Under the pieces are notes generated by a model. The model had not been told where the DNA came from. It saw only the letters and a program-made list of their open reading frames with translations, and ran no database searches. Positions 57,469 to 64,000 of a stretch of DNA of 64,000 nucleotides are shown here, piece by piece (position 1 is the stretch's first letter; every line of letters starts with the position of its first letter). A program made the position numbers and the translations under genes. Location: assembly GCA_016187025.1 (NCBI GenBank), contig JACPKM010000001.1, forward strand, positions 171,188 through 235,187, given 5' to 3'. Source of the DNA: Candidatus Daviesbacteria bacterium. Its GTDB lineage: Bacteria > Patescibacteriota > Microgenomatia > Daviesbacterales > UBA10151.

Positions 57469-58335
57469 ATGGAAAAAGCGATTTTAAAAACCTCAGCTTA
57501 TGCTGATATTTTTGACTACCCTCTTAAGCCATATGAAATTCACAAATGGTTAATTTCAAAAAAAGCTACAACCCATCAAGTTGAAAAAGCAATTAAAAGG
57601 CTTGAGGGTAGATTAAAAGTGAAGAGTAAGGATGGATATATCTTTTTGCCTGGCAGGCAAAGTATTGTTAAAAAAAGAATAAACAGAGAAAAACAATCTC
57701 AAAAATATTTATTTAGAGCAAAGATTATTGCTTTTGTTTTTAAAATTATCCCCTGGATAAAATTAGTAGGTGTATCCGGGAGCTTGGCAGTGGAAAATGC
57801 CCAAAAGGATTCTGATATAGATTTATTTATTATTACTTCATACAAGAGAATGTGGTTATCAAGGATGTTGACTATTTGGATAACCGATTTTCTAGGTATT
57901 AGACGCGAAAGGGAAAATAAACAAGATGAGGTTTTAGGAAAAGTTTGTCTGAATTTATATATAGATCAAAATAATTTAGAGCAAGAAAACAAAGATCTGT
58001 ATACAGCCCATGAGGTTTTACAGATGCGGGTATTGTGGCAAAGGGAAAATACCTATAAAAAGTTTTTAGATGTAAATTCCTGGGTGTTTGAGTTTTTACC
58101 CAACTGGGCAACAGGACAAATAAGGAGTGAGAAGTTGGTAGTTAAACCTAAGCCCCATATTCTAACTTCAACATTGGATTTTTTAGAAAGAATAGCCGGA
58201 AGGATACAGAGAAAGTATATGGGTAAACCAACAGGCGCAGAAAGAATTTCAGATAAAGCTTTGTTTTTTCATCCAGAGGACTGCCGCTTAGAAACCTTAG
58301 AAAAGTTTAAACGGAAAACAAGGCTAATTTTTTAG
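57469..58335 (+). CDS. Hypothetical protein with nucleotidyltransferase-like motif
   Basis: VSGSLA..DSDIDLFIIT. Confidence 0.7.
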   Translation: MEKAILKTSAYADIFDYPLKPYEIHKWLISKKATTHQVEKAIKRLEGRLKVKSKDGYIFLPGRQSIVKKRINREKQSQKYLFRAKIIAFVFKIIPWIKLVGVSGSLAVENAQKDSDIDLFIITSYKRMWLSRMLTIWITDFLGIRRERENKQDEVLGKVCLNLYIDQNNLEQENKDLYTAHEVLQMRVLWQRENTYKKFLDVNSWVFEFLPNWATGQIRSEKLVVKPKPHILTSTLDFLERIAGRIQRKYMGKPTGAERISDKALFFHPEDCRLETLEKFKRKTRLIF

Positions 58336-58358
58336 CAGTACTTGACAAAGTTTGCTAG
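58332..58358. promoter_or_regulatory. Degenerate CIRCE (HrcA operator) overlapping the groES -35 box
   Basis: TTAGCAGTA-N9-GTTTGCTAG versus consensus TTAGCACTC-N9-GAGTGCTAA; TTGACA at 58342-58347 inside the spacer. Confidence 0.65.
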
Positions 58359-58425
58359 AGTCTGGTATATATTTATTTCGATAACTGCTCTGCTGATATT
58401 TAAGCTTCAGTAAATTTTTAAAAAT

Positions 58426-58755
58426 ATGGCAAAAACAAAGATTGATAGTAGTAGTACCTCTGCTCTAAGGGTTAAGCCTTTAATGGGTTATGTGCTGGTA
58501 TCCCCTCAAGAAGCAGAGAGTAAGTTGCCTTCCGGAATAATTCTGCCAGAATCTGCTCAAGAAAAACCAGCTCAAGGTAGTGTAATTGCTTGTGGTGATG
58601 ATATGGTTTTAGAAAATGGAAAAGTATTAAAATGTCCTGTGAAAGTTGGGGATGTTGTGGTATATAAGAAATGGGGTGGAGATGAGATAAAAATTTCCGG
58701 AAAAGAATATAAATTAGTAAAATTTGATGATTTGATGGCAATATTGGAAGGGTAA
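58426..58755 (+). CDS. groES: Co-chaperonin GroES
   Basis: [24 protein letters not shown]. Confidence 0.95.
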   Translation: MAKTKIDSSSTSALRVKPLMGYVLVSPQEAESKLPSGIILPESAQEKPAQGSVIACGDDMVLENGKVLKCPVKVGDVVVYKKWGGDEIKISGKEYKLVKFDDLMAILEG

Positions 58756-58760
58756 AAAAT

Positions 58761-60383
58761 ATGGCAAAGATACTTTTATTTGATAGTAATGCTAGAGAAA
58801 AACTTTTAAAGGGTATTAATACCTTAACTGAGGCTGTGGCTTCCACTTTGGGTCCAAAGGGGAGAAATGTTGCTTTAGATAAAAAATGGGGTGCTCCCCA
58901 GGTTGTCCATGATGGGGTGACTGTTGCCAAAGAAATAGATTTGGAAGATCCATTTGAGAATATGGGTGCCCAACTTGTTAAAGAAGCAGCCTCAAAAACA
59001 AATGATGTTGCAGGAGATGGAACCACTACTGCTACCATTTTAACTCAAGCTATAGTTTCTGAAGGGTTGAAAAACATCCAGGCCGGAGCAAACCCAATGG
59101 TTCTAAGAAAAGGGATTGAAAAAGCGGTTGATACTTTGGTGGTAGAGCTGCGGAAGATGAGTAAAAAAGTAACTACTCCAGAAGAAACTACCCAGGTTGC
59201 AACAATTTCTGCCCAAGATGAAGAAATTGGGAGGTTAATCTCTGAAGCTATTGCAAAGGTTGGCAAAGATGGAGTTATAACTGTGGAAGAAGGCAAGGGG
59301 TTAGAGATGAATGTTGAGTATAAGGAAGGAATGGAATTTGATAAGGGGTTTGTTTCCCCATATTTTGTAACTGATACAGACAGGATGGAATCATCTGTAG
59401 AAGATGCTCTGGTATTAATTACTGATAAGAAAATCTCTGCTGCACAAGACTTGGTTCCATTTTTGGAAAAATTTGTCCAGGTTTCAAAGAATTTGGTCAT
59501 CATTGCAGACGAAGTTGAAGGTGAAGCTTTAGCATTATTGGTAGTTAATAAACTAAGAGGAACCATCAACGTGTTGGCAGTAAATGCTCCTGGATTTGGC
59601 GATCGAAGAAAAGAAATGTTACAAGATATTGCTATTTTAACCGGTGGAACAGTTATTTCTGAAGATACTGGAAGAAAAATTGACTCAGTAGAACTGGAAG
59701 ATCTGGGAAGGGTTGGTAGGGTAACTTCCACTAAAGACGAAACTTTAATTGTTGATGGAAAAGGGCAAAAATCAAAAATTGATGCCCGGATTTCTCAAAT
59801 AAGAAGAGAGCTTGATGCAACTGATTCTGAATTTGACAAAGAAAAACTGCAGGAAAGACTGGCAAAGCTAACTGGTGGAGTAGCAGTCATTAATGTTGGT
59901 GCAGCAACAGAGATTGAGATGAAGGAGAAAAAAGAAAGAGTGATTGATGCTGTGGCTGCAACAAAGGCTGCAATCGAGGAGGGAATTGTTCCGGGTGGAG
60001 AAGTGGCTTTGCTCCGTGCTGCTAAAGCTTTAGACTCTCTTAAATTAGAAGGTGAGGAAAAAACCGGAGTTGAAATTGTTAAGAAAGCAATTGAGGGTCC
60101 ATTTAATAAGTTAATGGAAAATGCCGGATTTAATGCCGGTATGATGATGAAGGTTGTAATGGATGTAACAGATTCATTTGGAGTTGATGTTTCAGACGGA
60201 GCTGTAAAAGATTTAGTAAAAGCCGGGGTGATTGATCCGGTAAAAGTTACCCGTTCTGCTTTACAGAACGCTGCATCGGTTGCCATAATGGTGATGGTTA
60301 CAAATGTTTTAATAACAGATGCACCGGAAAAATCCGGCCCCGCCGGACCTCAAGTGCCAGCAGGCGGCATGGGTGAATATTAG
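58761..60383 (+). CDS. groEL: Chaperonin GroEL
   Basis: [36 protein letters not shown]. Confidence 0.98.
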   Translation: MAKILLFDSNAREKLLKGINTLTEAVASTLGPKGRNVALDKKWGAPQVVHDGVTVAKEIDLEDPFENMGAQLVKEAASKTNDVAGDGTTTATILTQAIVSEGLKNIQAGANPMVLRKGIEKAVDTLVVELRKMSKKVTTPEETTQVATISAQDEEIGRLISEAIAKVGKDGVITVEEGKGLEMNVEYKEGMEFDKGFVSPYFVTDTDRMESSVEDALVLITDKKISAAQDLVPFLEKFVQVSKNLVIIADEVEGEALALLVVNKLRGTINVLAVNAPGFGDRRKEMLQDIAILTGGTVISEDTGRKIDSVELEDLGRVGRVTSTKDETLIVDGKGQKSKIDARISQIRRELDATDSEFDKEKLQERLAKLTGGVAVINVGAATEIEMKEKKERVIDAVAATKAAIEEGIVPGGEVALLRAAKALDSLKLEGEEKTGVEIVKKAIEGPFNKLMENAGFNAGMMMKVVMDVTDSFGVDVSDGAVKDLVKAGVIDPVKVTRSALQNAASVAIMVMVTNVLITDAPEKSGPAGPQVPAGGMGEY

Positions 60384-60413
60384 CCCCAGAAGGCTTATGG
60401 TAAACTTAAGTTA

Positions 60414-61010
60414 ATGTCTAAGTTTCATTATAAGGAATCTCCTAGTCTAAAGCAGATAAAAGCTTTTAAGCCTTTTCTTTCTGAGGATGAAGAGTTAGTT
60501 TTAGTTACAGGACTAAGTCCTGCCTTTTTGCGTTCTAAATTTGCTATCTATTTTTTATTCCCTGGAATAATTTTTGGAGCAATTGGTTTTGCTATCGGTT
60601 GGATTTTAAACTTAAACCCCGGGTATTCCCTTTTAATAGCGCTAACACTGATGAGTATTATAGGGGGAATGAAAACTATGCACGAAAACCATGCTAATAG
60701 ATACTTGTTTACTACCAGAAGAATTATAATAAAGCATGGGGTTTTTTCTACTAAACTCACAGCTGCGCTTTATGACAAGATTACGCATCTTGAGGTAGAC
60801 CAGACCTTTGTTGACAGGATGCTTTTTCATCACGGTGATGTTATTGTTAACACTGCCGGGTTAAACAAAGGAGAAATTATTTTGAAATACGTTGATTATC
60901 CAATGGAGTTAAAAAACCTACTAGAGCGGTTAATTAACCGGGAAAGAGAATTGTATGGTAGACAGACAACAACTCTTACAGCAGTAGAGGGTGAAGTTTT
61001 AGACAACTGA
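60414..61010 (+). CDS. Membrane protein with bacterial PH (bPH_2) domain
   Basis: Two TMs then YLFTTRRIIIKHG..YDKI..VDQ..GDVIVNTAG. Confidence 0.8.
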   Translation: MSKFHYKESPSLKQIKAFKPFLSEDEELVLVTGLSPAFLRSKFAIYFLFPGIIFGAIGFAIGWILNLNPGYSLLIALTLMSIIGGMKTMHENHANRYLFTTRRIIIKHGVFSTKLTAALYDKITHLEVDQTFVDRMLFHHGDVIVNTAGLNKGEIILKYVDYPMELKNLLERLINRERELYGRQTTTLTAVEGEVLDN

Positions 61011-61013
61011 GGA

Positions 61014-61739
61014 TTATTTTAAGTCAGGTTTTAGTGTCCTGCTATATTCAGGTGAATCATTGAGACTACCTTCTTTTGCCAGCCTTTGAGTATCTGGTGT
61101 AGGAAAGTTTGGTAGGTTTGGCAATAAAGCCATAGGATCAATATGTTTTCCATCCTTTGTAATTTCTAGGTGAGTATGTGGTCCAGAAGTCCAGCCTGTC
61201 AATCCTACTTCTCCTAAAATTGTCTCACTGGTTACATTTTGGTCTTTTGCTACGTATACTCTTCCCATATGAGCATACATTGATTTATACCCATCCTGGT
61301 GAGAAATTAATACATAATTGCCATACCCCCAAAAACCAAATGCTATCTCTTCTACCACTCCAGGATTAATAGGATGTATTGGCATGCCCAACCCTGTTGC
61401 AATATCTACTCCCGGGTGATAGTTGGAATAGACTGTTGAAAGATATCCTGGATGAGGTAAGATGATGGGGGTAGGAAAAGAGGTGGAGATTACCTCCCCT
61501 GATTGTTGTGGTTCCCCGGCTATAGCTACTTTTGTCCTAATGGGAGGAATGGCAAAGGTTGGATAGTATCCAAGCAGCGAAAATACTATTAAAATTGCAA
61601 TGCCAGATTTAGATAGAATCCTGATAAGTCTTAAAACCCCTTTGGTAACTTCAGACTTAATGTTCAAAACTTTCCAATTTAGGGCGACCCTTTTGGATAG
61701 CTTTTTAGCCAAAAAGTTTTTTATATATTTGTTTAACAC
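61014..61739 (-). CDS. M23 family metallopeptidase
   Basis: HPGVD, YAHM, GPHTHLE; start uncertain. Confidence 0.88.
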   Translation of the reverse strand: MLNKYIKNFLAKKLSKRVALNWKVLNIKSEVTKGVLRLIRILSKSGIAILIVFSLLGYYPTFAIPPIRTKVAIAGEPQQSGEVISTSFPTPIILPHPGYLSTVYSNYHPGVDIATGLGMPIHPINPGVVEEIAFGFWGYGNYVLISHQDGYKSMYAHMGRVYVAKDQNVTSETILGEVGLTGWTSGPHTHLEITKDGKHIDPMALLPNLPNFPTPDTQRLAKEGSLNDSPEYSRTLKPDLK

Positions 61740-61844
61740 AAAAAACCAAGCCCATGGACAGCTTGGAATACCTGCAATTGTATCAGGTCTGAGCCTAAAA
61801 GTAAAGTTTAGTGAGAAAGAGAAAGTTAGGGTATAATTTAAATT

Positions 61845-62648
61845 ATGAAGAAAACAATTGTTGCAATACTGGTTTTAGTTAGTGTGATTTTTCTCTTACT
61901 CAGGTTTTTGAGTCTGAGCCCTGCCTTCTTGGGTTTTGAGCAAAAAAGCGGAGTAAGGGTTCTATCTCTTCCTGAAAAGGCTAAAGTTTTTATTAATGGA
62001 CAAAAGGTGGGAGTAACCCCATATGAAGACCAAGGCTTATCTGCCAAAGAATATCACATCAAGCTAGAATTTGATCAAAGCAGATGGGAAGGTAAAGTAA
62101 AACTTATCTCCGGTACCCTAACAGTTGTTAACAGAGAGTTGACCAAAGATGCTAACCTTTCAGCAGGTGAAACATTAACTTTAGAAAAAGGAAAAGGATT
62201 AATTGTAGTGTCTAACCCATCTGATGCCGAAGTTGAGATAGATGGTAAATATTTTGGGAAAACTCCCTTAAACATAGATTTAAAGCCTAGTGAGCATACA
62301 GTGGCTCTTTCTCATCCCAGTTATTTAAAAAGAAGTATCAGGGCAAATATTCCTGATGGATTCAGGTTAACCTTGTCAGTTGATTTAGGTTTGTCTGAAG
62401 TTGATTTAACGGCCAGCAACACTCCAGTTACAACAAATACCCAACTGGTTATTGTTAAATCAACTCCAACGGGTTTTTTAAGAGTTAGAGATAGAGGGTC
62501 AATTGCCGGAAATGAAGTGGCAAGAGTCAGTCCAGGAGATGAGTTAGTTTTATTGGAAGAAGGGGCGCAGTGGGATAGGGTAAGGTTACCTGATGGGAAA
62601 GAGGGTTTTGTATCTAAAAGTTATATAGAGAAAAAACAAACACCTTAA
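61845..62648 (+). CDS. PEGA-domain protein with C-terminal SH3b domain
   Basis: Two PEGA repeats (AKVFING..GVTP; AEVEIDGKYFGKTP); LRVRD..W..EGFVSKSY. Confidence 0.85.
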   Translation: MKKTIVAILVLVSVIFLLLRFLSLSPAFLGFEQKSGVRVLSLPEKAKVFINGQKVGVTPYEDQGLSAKEYHIKLEFDQSRWEGKVKLISGTLTVVNRELTKDANLSAGETLTLEKGKGLIVVSNPSDAEVEIDGKYFGKTPLNIDLKPSEHTVALSHPSYLKRSIRANIPDGFRLTLSVDLGLSEVDLTASNTPVTTNTQLVIVKSTPTGFLRVRDRGSIAGNEVARVSPGDELVLLEEGAQWDRVRLPDGKEGFVSKSYIEKKQTP

Positions 62649-63577
62649 CCCCTGAGATAATAGATAATTCCTACTACCAAAATCAGCCAAAGTAAAACAG
62701 TAGATAAAAGTGGTGTGTCTGTTAAAATAACTCTTTCTGGAGATTCTCCTTCCTTCTTCTCATAAATAATGTATAGGTATCTCATCACCGCATATATTAC
62801 TATTGGGACAGTTGCCATCAAATATTTTGCTTCTGAAAAAGGCAGTTCTAAATCAAACAAGAAATTAGATAAAGATTGTCTGGCAACAATCGGCGGTTGT
62901 AAAAAAGCAAAAAAAGCATAAGTTAGCCAAGTGGAATTGGCAAACATGGCGGTTAAAATATCCAGTAAGTTTTCAGGATAATGCAGCAGTGTTTCCCGAT
63001 GCTTTGCTGCCTGAGTTGTCATTAAAGTTAATTCTGAGCGCCTTTTTCCTATTGCCAGAAAAAGAGCAAAAGAGGTAACAGATAGTAGAAACCACACATT
63101 AAGATGTGCATCTATTGCCCACACTCCGGCATAAACCCTTAAAACAAATCCGGCAGCAATTACCATCACATCCAGCAATATTACTTGTTTTAAGTAAGCT
63201 GAATAAAATATCTGCATAATTGAATAAGTTAAGACTGCCAGAAAAAATGCAGTGGAAAGCGTAAAAGATAAGGGGATTAAAACAATAAATAATATTAAAG
63301 AGATGGTAATAGCCAGAGGAATCGGTACAACTCCTGATGCGATAGGACGTTTTCTCTTAAATGGATGGAGCCTGTCTCTTTCAACATCAAAAACATCATT
63401 TAGAAAATAGACTGCAGAAGATATCCCACAAAAAATCAAAAAAGCAAAAAGAGTTTTTAATTGGTTGCTTTGATCAAAAAGAGTACCGGAGAAAATTAAA
63501 GCAGCAAAAACAGCGAAGTTTTTTATCCACTGTCTTGGCCTTGACGTTTTGATAATCCCCCAAAGAAGTTGAGCCAT
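62645..63577 (-). CDS. UbiA-family decaprenyl-phosphate phosphoribosyltransferase
   Basis: RPRQWIKN, NDVFDVERDRLHPFKRKRPIASG, KRRSE. Confidence 0.9.
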   Translation of the reverse strand: MAQLLWGIIKTSRPRQWIKNFAVFAALIFSGTLFDQSNQLKTLFAFLIFCGISSAVYFLNDVFDVERDRLHPFKRKRPIASGVVPIPLAITISLILFIVLIPLSFTLSTAFFLAVLTYSIMQIFYSAYLKQVILLDVMVIAAGFVLRVYAGVWAIDAHLNVWFLLSVTSFALFLAIGKRRSELTLMTTQAAKHRETLLHYPENLLDILTAMFANSTWLTYAFFAFLQPPIVARQSLSNFLFDLELPFSEAKYLMATVPIVIYAVMRYLYIIYEKKEGESPERVILTDTPLLSTVLLWLILVVGIIYYLRG

Positions 63578-64000
63578 AATATGGTTCCTAAAACTACAGC
63601 TCCTACCAGGATAGCTGCAAAAAGCTTGCCTTTGCTATTTAAAGTAATGGCAGCTACCCCCAGAATAGCACTTCCAATTATGTAAAACAAGCTAATCTGT
63701 TGATGATTTAATCCTAAATCCAGGAGTTTATGATGCAGGTGTCCCCGGTCACCCCAAACAGGAGATTTGCCTTGTAAAATTCTTCTCCAAAAGGTGTAGA
63801 TAAAATCTGTAGCTGGAACAAGTAGCACCAGTCCTGCTGTTGCGAGTTTTGCTCCTGATAAAATAGCAAGAACAGCAATTAAAAACCCCAGAATTGTTGA
63901 TCCGGAAAATGCAGGTAAGATTTTAGACGGATACCAATTAAAAATTAGTAAACCCGCTGAAGCGCCAGCTGTTATAAAAGCCAGTTTTGCGCTAGTAAGC
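63523..64000 (-). CDS. MraY/WecA-family glycosyltransferase (family 4), 5' part outside the window
   Basis: FNWYPSKIL, RRILQGKSPVWGDRGHLHHKLL. Confidence 0.85.
   Translation of the reverse strand, partial: LTSAKLAFITAGASAGLLIFNWYPSKILPAFSGSTILGFLIAVLAILSGAKLATAGLVLLVPATDFIYTFWRRILQGKSPVWGDRGHLHHKLLDLGLNHQQISLFYIIGSAILGVAAITLNSKGKLFAAILVGAVVLGTILWLNFFGGLSKRQGQDSG

Noticed and set aside
58472-60286. Long antisense ORFs opposite groES/groEL (also opposite valS, dnaN, virB4)
   Set aside because: Shadow frames of conserved genes; no independent coding signal
1-64000. tRNA, rRNA, tmRNA, reverse transcriptase (retron/DGR)
   Set aside because: No recognisable cloverleaf, rRNA sequence or RT motif found by eye; a covariance search was not run

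Overview
Low-GC bacterial chromosomal segment spanning the replication origin. Gene content and style (short valS, T4SS-pilin/PrgI/VirB4 locus, DUF4012, PEGA/VanW proteins, many orphans, genes with a -10 box directly in front of the ATG) point to a Patescibacteria/CPR genome, probably Microgenomates; this is inference. Standard code 11. Layout: (1) 1-13.9 kb, a T4SS-like locus (two VirB2-like pilins, VirB6-like, PrgI, VirB4, SLT+C39 hydrolase) split by three opposite-strand genes, one of them an NDT-like/OmpR-wHTH fusion regulator. (2) 13.9-25.8 kb, dnaN-[membrane nuclease]-oriC-dnaA / rpmH-rnpA-yidD-yidC-jag, envelope genes and rplY. (3) 25.9-56 kb, a high-turnover accessory zone interleaved with valS and tsaD: three intact toxin-antitoxin pairs, orphans, pseudogenes and gene stubs, with no integrase or transposase. 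(4) 56-64 kb, murB, CIRCE-groES-groEL and envelope genes. Main observations: a Val (GUC) T-box riboswitch with an ultrashort Stem I whose first downstream gene is an ECF sigma factor overlapping valS; a diverged second tsaD 5' end next to a CACCYGGGAGGTG repeat family that brackets a cargo block; a perfect 22-bp palindromic direct repeat bracketing an orphan plus TA module; small hairpin or heptamer insertions that sit in-frame in thpR, mazF and tsaD and in a T-box loop; and a ParA/MinD-like gene with TGA exactly at the Walker A lysine. No rRNA, tRNA or CRISPR array was seen. All family assignments are by eye from motifs; no searches were run.
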